Shown here: piece after piece, positions 1-8,876 of the stretch
How the letters are laid out: each line of letters begins with the position of its first letter
Position numbering within the stretch: the stretch's first letter is position 1
Virus record (IMG/VR): IMGVR_UViG_2834293421_000001
Coordinates: 10,290 to 74,289 of that record
From: a virus
Lineage: Duplodnaviria; Caudoviricetes
DNA length: 64,000 bases
Reading direction: 5' to 3' (one strand)
Position numbers and translations under genes: made by a program
Notes under the pieces: generated by a model
Told to the model about the DNA's origin: nothing
Databases searched by the model: none
Seen by the model: the letters and a program-made list of their open reading frames with translations, nothing else

Positions 1-96
1 TGAGGTGGAGATATTAAAGTAAGAGAAAAGATGCCCAATTGGAGCACCTTTAATTTAGTAGATTATTTAATTAGGTAGTTTCAATAAATAAAACTA

Positions 97-414
97 TTAA
101 GATGGATAGATGTAAATATTTCCACCACCAAGTATTACTATTCTATACTCAGGACTAATTTTAACTAAATTAAACTTTTCAGAATCAGGAGAAAATCTAA
201 TAGACTGAACTAAAACTTGATTCTCGTCAAATACTTGAAGATAAGCTCCTTCAGTTTTTGAAACATTTTGAACTATATATTTGTTATCCTCAGAAAAGTT
301 TAAATCAGCAACCTTATAGACACCTTCTTTAAATAGGTTAACTGCATAAACACTACTAGATAGGCTTAATAAAAAGCATGAAGATAATAAAAGTACAATT
401 ATTTTCTTTTTCAC
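97..414 (-). CDS. Small secreted hypothetical protein (moron)
   Basis: Signal peptide MKKKIIVLLLSSCFLLSLSSSVYA; RBS AAAGGTGGT; opposite strand to phage genes. Confidence 0.8.
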   Translation of the reverse strand: MKKKIIVLLLSSCFLLSLSSSVYAVNLFKEGVYKVADLNFSEDNKYIVQNVSKTEGAYLQVFDENQVLVQSIRFSPDSEKFNLVKISPEYRIVILGGGNIYIYPS

Positions 415-435
415 ATTAAAACCACCTTTCTAGAA

Positions 436-464
436 TAGTTTGACTCTTAAAAAAATAAATATTC
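436..464 (-). promoter_or_regulatory. sigmaG-like promoter for 97..414
   Basis: Minus strand GAATA-17 bp-CAAACTA, close to the forespore sigmaG consensus. Confidence 0.55.
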
Positions 465-522
465 GTTAACCTAAAGAGAAATAATTGACTGAATGAAAAG
501 ATAAATTTTACATTTTATATAG

Positions 523-552
523 AAAAAAGACTAGAAATTAATCTAGCCTTTA
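523..552 (-). terminator. Intrinsic terminator
   Basis: GACTAGA-aattaa-TCTAGCC hairpin with T-run on the minus strand. Confidence 0.55.
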
Positions 553-657
553 ATGATAAATGCGTTTGTACACGATGATCATACACAGAAGATAATTCTA
601 TTATATGAAGTTATAAATCAGTTATTCAAAAAAATATAAAAGATTTAGGAGGTTGAT

Positions 658-1059
658 ATGGAAGTTAATTTTACAATAGATGGGAAACCACAGGGCAAAG
701 GAAGACCAAGATTAAGTTATGGAAGGGTAAAAACACCAGAGCAAACTGTTATGTATGAAAATTATATTAAGTTATTGTATAGAGCACAGGTAAAAACATA
801 TTTTGAAGGTCCTATAAAGATAGCTATAAATTGCTTTTATCCAATAGCTAAAAGTGATAGCAAAAAGAAAAAACAGGCTAAGTTAAATGGAGAAATTAGA
901 CCCCACAATATAAAGCCTGATGCAGACAATGTTATAAAGGTAATATGCGATGCTTTAAATGAAGTTGCTTACAAAGATGATACTCAAATAGTTGAATTAA
1001 TAGCTTCTAAGTATTTTTCAGATAAGCCTAGGGTAGAGGTTACAATACAAAAAATTTAA
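658..1059 (+). CDS. rusA: RusA family Holliday junction resolvase
   Basis: GKPQGKGRPR N-terminus; KPDADNxxKxxxDALNxxxYxDDxQ motif. Confidence 0.92.
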   Translation: MEVNFTIDGKPQGKGRPRLSYGRVKTPEQTVMYENYIKLLYRAQVKTYFEGPIKIAINCFYPIAKSDSKKKKQAKLNGEIRPHNIKPDADNVIKVICDALNEVAYKDDTQIVELIASKYFSDKPRVEVTIQKI

Positions 1060-1152
1060 AGCTTACTTAAACTTAAGCAAAATTTAAGGAAATGTATGTA
1101 TAATGATTACTTGTACAATTTTAAGCATTAGAAATATGTGGAGGATGATAGT

Positions 1153-1410
1153 ATGAATGGCAAAACAAATAAAGGAATTATAAGAAATATAGACTCATTA
1201 GGAAGAGTTGTAATACCAAAAGAATTTAGAAAAATGTTAAATATAAAGGAAAATGAGCCTGTTGAAATAGTATGTGAAAATGGAGCTATTACAGTAAAAA
1301 AACATAATGATTCATGTATTTTATGTGGATCAAAAGAAGATTTAAAAAATGTAAAAAATATTTTAATATGTGAAAAATGTCTAGAGGAAATGAAAGATAT
1401 TATAAGTTAA
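1153..1410 (+). CDS. AbrB/SpoVT-family regulator with C-terminal Zn ribbon
   Basis: GIIRNIDSLGRVVIPKEFR; CILCG...CEKC; ATG at 1153 follows GGAGG. Confidence 0.9.
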   Translation: MNGKTNKGIIRNIDSLGRVVIPKEFRKMLNIKENEPVEIVCENGAITVKKHNDSCILCGSKEDLKNVKNILICEKCLEEMKDIIS

Positions 1411-1433
1411 AAGGAAATAGGAAGTGACTGCTT

Positions 1434-1937
1434 ATGGAAAAAAAAGAACTATTTAAAAAGGTAGAAGGAAGATTACATAATTATAAGTTTTTAGAAGCTC
1501 AAATAAGTAATATAGAATTAGATATAAAGAAAGAAAAACTGGAATATAGAGGTTGTGGAGCCATAAGTTATGATGAACGAACAGGTGTAACCTATAATAT
1601 TTCTAGGATTGTTGAAAAAGAGGTTATAGCTAAAGAAAAGAAAATAGCTAAGTTGATGCAAAGTAAACTAGAAAAAGAAATTGAGAAAGAGAAGATAGAA
1701 AACTCATTAAGCTGCTTAGACCATAATGAAACTAATTTCTTTAAATTATTCTATAACAGTAAAAGTAAAAATAACATGAAGTATATAAGTATAAAATTGC
1801 ACATGGATCGCAGTCATTGCTATAAAATTAGAGAGAGATTAGTTTATAAAGTTATGGGGATGTTATATCCTAATTATGAAGAATTACCATTATTCAATGA
1901 ATATGATATGAAACCCAACACTTTCACTACATTTTAA
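1434..1937 (+). CDS. ArpU/RinA-like late transcription activator
   Basis: Last early gene before packaging module; C-terminal sigma-4-like HTH (ISIKLHMDRSHCYKIR). Confidence 0.75.
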   Translation: MEKKELFKKVEGRLHNYKFLEAQISNIELDIKKEKLEYRGCGAISYDERTGVTYNISRIVEKEVIAKEKKIAKLMQSKLEKEIEKEKIENSLSCLDHNETNFFKLFYNSKSKNNMKYISIKLHMDRSHCYKIRERLVYKVMGMLYPNYEELPLFNEYDMKPNTFTTF

Positions 1938-1985
1938 CTACAAAGTGAAGATTTTTTACAAATAAAAAGGTAGTAATATAGTAGT
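1915..1985 (+). promoter_or_regulatory. Late promoter with 11-bp periodic activator repeats
   Basis: CCAACA/ACTACA/ACTACA at 1915, 1926, 1937, then TAGTAATAT -10-like element; conserved in prophage 2. Confidence 0.55.
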
Positions 1986-1986
1986 A

Positions 1987-2270
1987 TAGGAAATTGAAGA
2001 TGCTATAATTTTTTATTCCCCAATACCCCTTTTTATATAATTGCTAGGGTATAATAATTATCCTAGCAACGTGAGGATATAGTTTAAAGGCAAAATATCT
2101 AATTTAGATGATAGAAGGTTCGATTCCTTTAATTCTCACCAATATAACTTTACGGCTCTTAAGAGCACTCTGTAGCGGTATGGAGTATAAACTACTTATA
2201 TTTATTAGTTAGTAACAACAACTTATCCGTTCAAAAAAGTCAGGACTTTCTCACCTGGCTTTTTTATTTT
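1987..2270 (+). ncRNA. Structured leader/ncRNA with tRNA-like domain (2073-2141)
   Basis: Hairpins, D-arm TAGTTTAAAGGCAAAA, T-arm GAAGG-TTCGATT-CCTTT, 3' ACCA, terminator; homologous copy at 41402-41690. Confidence 0.7.
2233..2270 (+). terminator. Intrinsic terminator ending the leader RNA
   Basis: AAAAAAGTCAGG-actttctca-CCTGGCTTTTTT. Confidence 0.75.
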
Positions 2271-2288
2271 ATGTAAAATGGTGAATAT

Positions 2289-2432
2289 ATGAAAAAGTGG
2301 AAAGATGCTGATGAAGTGATTAATATGGTACATGAGTTACCGAGTGAATTGAAAGATGTTGATAGGGAAATGAGTAAGAAACCTAATTTTGATAAAATTA
2401 AGAAAAAAGAAGGAAAACCTCGATTTAAGTAG
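2289..2432 (+). CDS. Small hypothetical protein (47 aa, MKKWKDADEV...)
   Basis: Open frame read manually; GGTGA RBS; below ORF-track cutoff. Confidence 0.55.
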   Translation: MKKWKDADEVINMVHELPSELKDVDREMSKKPNFDKIKKKEGKPRFK

Positions 2433-2461
2433 AATTATATACTTGAAAGCGAGGTGATATT

Positions 2462-3025
2462 ATGGAGTGGTATGATATGTCTGAATTGAAAAGTATAAGC
2501 TATACATGCGGATTTTGTAGTTGTATAGTAGGGAATGATAGAGGGTTTTATACTTCAAGTGATATTAGTAAATTTCATCATGTAGACAAAATATATGTAT
2601 GTCCAAAGTGTGGTAAACCAACTTTTTTTGATAAAGATGGGACTCAGTATCCAGGAGTGAAGTATGGAAGCCATGTAAATAGTATAAATAAAGAAGAAGT
2701 TGAATCTTTGTATAATGAAGCTAGAAGTTGCTTTAGTATAAATTCTTTTACTTCTGTGGCTCTATGTTGCAGGAAATTACTAATGAATATAGCTGTTGAT
2801 TTAGGAGCAGATGAAAATAAAAAATTTGCATACTATGTAAATTGGCTAGATGAAAATAATTATATACTTCCTAATGCTAAAGGATGGGTTGATCAAATAA
2901 GAAAAATTGGGAATGAAGCAACACATGAAATTCATATAATAAGCAGTGAGGATGCAGAAAAATCTTTGAAGTTTATAGAAATGATATTAAAACTTGTATA
3001 TGAGTTTCCAGCTATGGTTGAATAA
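2462..3025 (+). CDS. DUF4145-like HEPN-domain protein with N-terminal Zn ribbon
   Basis: CGFC...CPKC; YNEARSCF...CRKLL; RKIGNEATH motif. Confidence 0.8.
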   Translation: MEWYDMSELKSISYTCGFCSCIVGNDRGFYTSSDISKFHHVDKIYVCPKCGKPTFFDKDGTQYPGVKYGSHVNSINKEEVESLYNEARSCFSINSFTSVALCCRKLLMNIAVDLGADENKKFAYYVNWLDENNYILPNAKGWVDQIRKIGNEATHEIHIISSEDAEKSLKFIEMILKLVYEFPAMVE

Positions 3026-3100
3026 AAAGTATTATTATTTAGAACTCTCTTGTAGAGTTCTTTTTCATTTTCCAAAACGACGAATAAGTGAGGTGGTGAT

Positions 3101-3817
3101 GTGGCTCGTGTAAGAAGTCCGAATAGAGATAAAGCATATGAGATATATAAAGAACACAATGGAAATATTGATTTAGTTAAGATTGCTAGCATTTTAGGTA
3201 TATCACCAGGGACAGTTAGGGGATGGAAGAATAAAGATAGTTGGGAGTCTCAATTAAATAGAACGTTCCATAATAATAAAGAACGTTCTAAAAAGAAAAA
3301 AGGTGGTCAGCCAGGAAATAAGAATGCTACTGGGCCTCCAGGAAATAAAAATGCTGAAAAGTTTGGCTTTTTCTCTAAGTACTTACCAGAAGAAACTTTG
3401 GATTTAATGAAAGAAATATCAGAGAAAAACCAATTAGACATACTTTGGGAGCAAATAACAATTCAATATGCAGCAATAATAAGAGCTCAACGTATTATGT
3501 ATGTTGAGAAAAAAGATGAAATGATAAAGGAACTTAAGAAGGAAGAAACTAGCGAATATGGCCAAAAGATAGAATATGAGTTCCAGTTTGCTTGGGATAG
3601 ACAAGCAACATTCTTAAATGCTCAAAGTAGAGCTATGGGAGAATTAAGGAGTTTAATTAAACAATATGAGTCTATGGTTAATGCCAATTGGAATTTAATT
3701 ACAGAAGAACAAAAAGCTAGACTAGATCTTATAAAAGCTCAAACAAATAAACTTACTGGTGATAATCAAGAAATAGAAGATACTAGTGATATAGAGAGTG
3801 AAATATATGGCAATTAA
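3101..3817 (+). CDS. Terminase small subunit
   Basis: N-terminal HTH (TVRGWKNKDSW), GGQPGNKNA repeat motif; upstream of TerL. Confidence 0.9.
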   Translation: MARVRSPNRDKAYEIYKEHNGNIDLVKIASILGISPGTVRGWKNKDSWESQLNRTFHNNKERSKKKKGGQPGNKNATGPPGNKNAEKFGFFSKYLPEETLDLMKEISEKNQLDILWEQITIQYAAIIRAQRIMYVEKKDEMIKELKKEETSEYGQKIEYEFQFAWDRQATFLNAQSRAMGELRSLIKQYESMVNANWNLITEEQKARLDLIKAQTNKLTGDNQEIEDTSDIESEIYGN

Positions 3818-5144
3818 GAAAAAGAAAACTATTAAATTTAATTTCTCAGAAAAGCATAAAGATTATATAAGAGCCTGTGCGAATAATACATATAATTTTG
3901 CAGAAGGAGCCGTAAGAGCTGGTAAAACCGTAGACAATGTATTTGCTTTTGCACATGAGTTAAAGAATACGCAGGATAGAATTCATTTAGCTACTGGATC
4001 AACAAGTGCAAATGCTAAGTTAAATATAGGTGATGCTAATGGATTTGGACTAGAGTATATATTTAGAGGTCAAAGTCATTGGGGAAAGTTTAAAGGCAAT
4101 GAATGTCTTTATATTAAAGGTCCAGGAACAAATAATAAACAAAAAATAGTTATATTTGCTGGTGGGGCAAAGGCTGATAGTTATAAAAAGATAAGGGGTA
4201 ACTCTTATGGAATGTGGATAGCAACTGAAATAAATTTACATCATGATAATACTATTAAAGAAGTATTCAACAGAACTATAGCTGCTAAGAAAAGAAAGAT
4301 ATTTTGGGACCTTAACCCTGATAATCCAAATGCACCTATATATAAAGAGTATATAGATAACTATAAGAAAAAGTATGAAGAAGGAACTTTAAAAGGTGGA
4401 TATAATTATCAACATTTTACTATAGATGATAATATTAATATTCCAGATGAAAGAAAAGAAGAGATTAAAAGTCAGTATGATAAAACATCTATATGGTATC
4501 AAAGAGACATATTAGGCAAAAGATGTATTGCAGAAGGTCTTATATATAGACAGTTTGCTAATGATACAAAGAAATATATTATCTCTAATAGAGAAATTGC
4601 CAATTTAATTAAGATTACAATAGCTGTAGACTTTGGAGGTAATAAGTCAGGTCATGCATTTGTAGCAACTGGTATTACTGCTGGATATAAAGAATTAATA
4701 ACATTAGCAAGTGAACGACACTTTGGTGATGATATAGATCCTGAAAAACTAGGTGAACTTTTTACTAACTTTGTAAAGAAAATAAATCATAAATATGGCT
4801 TTGCAGAAGTAGCTTATTGTGATAGTGCAGAGCAAGTTCTAATAAGAGGTTTAAGAAATGCAGCTATAAAAGAAGGATTAAATATAAGAGTTGCTGATGC
4901 ATGGAAAACTAGTGTTAATGACAGGATAAATGCTACTACAAAGTTAATAGCTCAAGGTAGGTTTAAGTATACTGAAGATTGTGAAACGCTTAAAGATGCT
5001 TTATGTTCAGCTATATGGAATCCGAAGGAACTTAAAAATGAAAGGCTAGACGATGGTACATCTGATATAGATACTCTAGATGCTTTTGAATATAGTTTTG
5101 AAAGAGATATAAGACGTTTATTAGATGTATTTATACAAAGGTAA
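3798..5144 (+). CDS. Terminase large subunit, PBSX family
   Basis: EGAVRAGKT Walker A, NPDNP, VDFG, YCDSA, D-x-LDA nuclease motifs. Confidence 0.95.
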   Translation: MKYMAIKKKKTIKFNFSEKHKDYIRACANNTYNFAEGAVRAGKTVDNVFAFAHELKNTQDRIHLATGSTSANAKLNIGDANGFGLEYIFRGQSHWGKFKGNECLYIKGPGTNNKQKIVIFAGGAKADSYKKIRGNSYGMWIATEINLHHDNTIKEVFNRTIAAKKRKIFWDLNPDNPNAPIYKEYIDNYKKKYEEGTLKGGYNYQHFTIDDNINIPDERKEEIKSQYDKTSIWYQRDILGKRCIAEGLIYRQFANDTKKYIISNREIANLIKITIAVDFGGNKSGHAFVATGITAGYKELITLASERHFGDDIDPEKLGELFTNFVKKINHKYGFAEVAYCDSAEQVLIRGLRNAAIKEGLNIRVADAWKTSVNDRINATTKLIAQGRFKYTEDCETLKDALCSAIWNPKELKNERLDDGTSDIDTLDAFEYSFERDIRRLLDVFIQR

Positions 5145-5421
5145 AATTTAACTATCCACTAAATATGTATTTAGGGTATAGTTGAAATGTATATTTAAGT
5201 AAAATGTTTAAATTTCAACGTTTGTTAGTGTTTTTATTAAAGGACTAAATTTATTAATCTTAAGTTAAATATAAAAATTAAATAAATAAAGTTAGACAAA
5301 ATAAATACAAATAAATTGAAATATATATTTTACTTAAATAAATAAATTAAAATATGATTTATTTAATGCAAAACTTTAATTTGTTATTTTACTAATAAAA
5401 ATTAAAAAGAGGTATTTATTT

Positions 5422-6843
5422 ATGTTCTCAAGATTAAAAAAAGTGATTAAGGGGGTGGTTTATAACATGTTAAATAGAATTGATATTTCTAAAGAATTAA
5501 ATATAGAAATTGCAATGAATGATAATATGGCCAATGCGATTAACTTATGGAGTAATATGTATAATAATAGTCCCCCTTGGATTAATGATGAAGTACTTCC
5601 ATTAGGTATTCCTGGAGCTATAGCTAATGAGTTAGCAAGACTGGCTACTATAGAATTTAAAAGTGAAATAAATAATAATGAGGGTTTAAATGAAATCTAT
5701 CAAGAGCTAATAGATGTATTAAGAATTAATACAGAATATGCATGTGCTAAAGGTGGATTAATATTTAAGCCCTATTTTAATGGGAAAAATATAGAGATAG
5801 ATCTTATTCACCAAGATAACTTCTTACCTATTTCATATAATGCTATAGGAGAAATTACAGCAGCAGTTTTTTTAGAGTATAAAATTACTGGTGATAAAAA
5901 GTATACTAGATTAGAGTATCATGATTTTAAAGAAGGTAATTATACTATAAAGAACATAGCATATGTAAAAAGTAACCTTGTAAAAGATAATAGTCTAGGA
6001 AAAAGAACTATATTGGCAAGTGTTCCAGAATGGAGTGAATTACAAGAAGAGATAACAATAAATAATATCACAAGACCTTTATTTAGTTATTTTAAGATAC
6101 CACAGGCTAATGCTATAGATGTTAATAGTCCTTTAGGTGTATCATGTTATGCTAAAGCCAGTGATTTAATAAAGGAAGCAGATAAACAATATTCTCGTAT
6201 ATTATGGGAATATGAAGCAACAGAAATAGCTATAAATGCATCTGAAAGCTTATTTGTAAGAAAAGAAGATGGTACATATGAACTCCCAAAAGGTAAAGAA
6301 AGATTATATAGAGTATTTCCTTGGGAAGACAGAGAAGGAAAAAGAAATTTAGATACATTTAGTCCCGATATAAGGGATAGTAATTTATTTAATGGACTTA
6401 ATAATATATTAAGAAAGGTTGAGTTTAACTGTGGACTTGCTTATGGGACTTTAAGTGATATTAATGATGTATCTAAGACAGCAACAGAGATAAAGACATC
6501 TAGGCAAAGAAGTTATTCAACTGTTAAAGATATACAGAAATCTCTAGAAAAAGCTCTTAAAGACTTAATAGTAAGTATGAATGATTTAGCAACTTTATAT
6601 AAGTTAAATGTAAGTTCTATAGATATAGATAAAGATGTTAGTTTTGATTGGGATGATTCACTTGTACTTGATAAAGATAGTGAATTAGAATCAATGAGAA
6701 ATGATGTTGCAGTTGGTATATTAAGACCTGAGATATATTTAGCTAAGAAATATGGAGTATCTGAAGATGAAGCATTAAAAATGATGCCTGATGTTGAAGA
6801 TAGCATAAAAACAAAATCTCCTTTTGATAATCTAGAGGAATAG
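5422..6843 (+). CDS. Portal protein (A118/SPP1-like)
   Basis: Position, size, SPLGVS and KTATEI motifs. Confidence 0.9.
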   Translation: MFSRLKKVIKGVVYNMLNRIDISKELNIEIAMNDNMANAINLWSNMYNNSPPWINDEVLPLGIPGAIANELARLATIEFKSEINNNEGLNEIYQELIDVLRINTEYACAKGGLIFKPYFNGKNIEIDLIHQDNFLPISYNAIGEITAAVFLEYKITGDKKYTRLEYHDFKEGNYTIKNIAYVKSNLVKDNSLGKRTILASVPEWSELQEEITINNITRPLFSYFKIPQANAIDVNSPLGVSCYAKASDLIKEADKQYSRILWEYEATEIAINASESLFVRKEDGTYELPKGKERLYRVFPWEDREGKRNLDTFSPDIRDSNLFNGLNNILRKVEFNCGLAYGTLSDINDVSKTATEIKTSRQRSYSTVKDIQKSLEKALKDLIVSMNDLATLYKLNVSSIDIDKDVSFDWDDSLVLDKDSELESMRNDVAVGILRPEIYLAKKYGVSEDEALKMMPDVEDSIKTKSPFDNLEE

Positions 6844-6844
6844 T

Positions 6845-8542
6845 ATGGCATTAACTCCAGAAGAATTAAAATATATACCTGAAAGTTTTATTAATTTATA
6901 TCAGGAATTAGAAGACTTTATAATCGCTGATATAGCCAGAAGGATTGCTAAGGTTGGTAATTTAACAGATAGTGCTAAGCTAGAGACTATAAGAGCAAAT
7001 GAGATAGGTATATCACTTAATCTCATAAAAGAAAAGATTAAAGAAATATCAGATATGACTGAAGAAAAGGTAAATGAAATCTTTAATGATATTAGTGTAT
7101 ATTCTATTTCAAAAGAAAATGAATTATATAGTGCTGCTGGATTAAATACTGTTAAAGTAACTGAAAATGTAGAATTGTCCAATATAATAGAATCTGCTAT
7201 CAAACAAACTTCAGGAGATCTATATAACTTAACTCAATCTATGGGATTTGCACAGAAAGTTAATGGAAAAGTAGTATATAAGCCTATAGCTAAATACTAT
7301 CATGATGCAATGGATTTAGCTGTTATGCAAATTAAATCAGGCTCAACAAGCTATAATACAGCTATTAAACAAGCTGTAAATAGATTATGTGAAAGTGGTA
7401 TAAGAAGTGTTGACTATGAAAGTGGAGTTGCAAATAGAATAGATGTTGCTGTTAGAAGAGCTGTTTTAACTGGATCTAATCAAATGTCACAAAAGTTAAC
7501 TTTAGAAGGAATGAAAGAGACTGGAAATGACTTTGTAGAAACTACAGCACATATTGGAGCAAGACCAAGTCATGCATTATGGCAAGGTAAAGTATTTTGT
7601 TATAGTGGAAATAGTAAAGAATATCCTCCTTTTATAGAAAGTACAGGCTATGGTACAGGTCCAGGACTTGGAGGATGGAACTGTAGACATAGTTTCTACC
7701 CTTTTATTCCAGGAATAAGTAAAAGAGCCTATACAGATGAAGATTTAGATAATATAGATCCCCCACCATTTACTTATAATGGTACAGAATATACTTATTA
7801 TGAAGCAAGCCAACATCAAAGACTTATTGGAAGAAATATAAGAAAAACTAAAACTAAGTTAATAGGATATAAGGCTGCGGGACTTACAGAGGAATTTACT
7901 AATACTAGTATTAAACTCAAACAACAAGAGAAGTATTATAGAGAATTTAGTAAAGCTGCTAATATACCTATAGAAAAGGATAGACTTCAAGTATATAAAT
8001 TCAATAAGAGTATATCTCAAAAGGCTGTTTGGGCATCAAATAAAACATTTGTTCAAAGTCTTAAGGAAATAGGAATACAAAATCCACCTAAAAGTGAAAA
8101 AGATTTTGAAAGATTAAAATTAACAAATCCTAGAGAATATAAACTAATGGATGGATATATTTTAGCTACTAAGAAGGGTGATATATCTGTATTAATTGGA
8201 TATGATATCTATAAGAAAATAGCTAGTGAAATTGAAGAAAAATTAATTGGAATTACTACTAAAAATGGTATAATTATAGAAGACTATGCTGTTCATTTTA
8301 TAGATAGAGTAATCGGAGGATTCGAAGAAAGTAATTATGCACAGTCTGGAAAAAGAAAAGGTGTTAAGGTCGATAGTATATTAGAAGCTTTATTAAATCC
8401 AGAATCAATTGGAGATATAGTATACAATCGAAATACAAATAAGCCAAGTATTGTATTTAAAGGTTTAAAATTAGATGTTTCTGTGAATCCTGAAACAGGA
8501 ACTTTAATTCAAACAAATCCTATAAAAGGTAAGGGGAAATAA
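6845..8542 (+). CDS. Minor capsid (MuF-like) protein with C-terminal putative toxin extension
   Basis: HxGARPSHxxWQG...NCRH core plus ~165 aa extension ending HFIDR...VSVNPETGTLIQT. Confidence 0.85.
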   Translation: MALTPEELKYIPESFINLYQELEDFIIADIARRIAKVGNLTDSAKLETIRANEIGISLNLIKEKIKEISDMTEEKVNEIFNDISVYSISKENELYSAAGLNTVKVTENVELSNIIESAIKQTSGDLYNLTQSMGFAQKVNGKVVYKPIAKYYHDAMDLAVMQIKSGSTSYNTAIKQAVNRLCESGIRSVDYESGVANRIDVAVRRAVLTGSNQMSQKLTLEGMKETGNDFVETTAHIGARPSHALWQGKVFCYSGNSKEYPPFIESTGYGTGPGLGGWNCRHSFYPFIPGISKRAYTDEDLDNIDPPPFTYNGTEYTYYEASQHQRLIGRNIRKTKTKLIGYKAAGLTEEFTNTSIKLKQQEKYYREFSKAANIPIEKDRLQVYKFNKSISQKAVWASNKTFVQSLKEIGIQNPPKSEKDFERLKLTNPREYKLMDGYILATKKGDISVLIGYDIYKKIASEIEEKLIGITTKNGIIIEDYAVHFIDRVIGGFEESNYAQSGKRKGVKVDSILEALLNPESIGDIVYNRNTNKPSIVFKGLKLDVSVNPETGTLIQTNPIKGKGK

Positions 8543-8749
8543 ATGGTTAAGTTAACAGAGAAAGAAAAAGAATTTTTAAAAGAGCATTTTCCATATAAAA
8601 AAGAACTTTTAACTACACTAGATGTTGATGACATATTGACAGAATTGAATACGCTTATTCTTGAAATTGGATTTGACGAAGAATATAGATTAACTGATAT
8701 TGGAAGAAAAGCTCAAAGAATGTATGACAACATATATAATAACAATTAA
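8543..8749 (+). CDS. Putative immunity protein for MuF toxin
   Basis: 68 aa acidic ORF starting immediately after the MuF stop. Confidence 0.55.
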   Translation: MVKLTEKEKEFLKEHFPYKKELLTTLDVDDILTELNTLILEIGFDEEYRLTDIGRKAQRMYDNIYNNN

Positions 8750-8788
8750 AAGCACTTGCTTAATTTTAATAGTAGGTGCTTTTATTTT
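8748..8788 (+). terminator. Intrinsic terminator
   Basis: AAAAGCACTTGC...GTAGGTGCTTTT. Confidence 0.7.
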
Positions 8789-8876
8789 GTATAAATTTTG
8801 AAATAGTACTGATTAGTTAGTATATTTTGGGAAAAAATGGTATAATTATATAAAATACAACTAGGGGTGATGTATA

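Noticed and set aside
2073-2141. Functional decoding tRNA gene
   Set aside because: No 7-nt anticodon loop in either copy, so no isotype can be assigned
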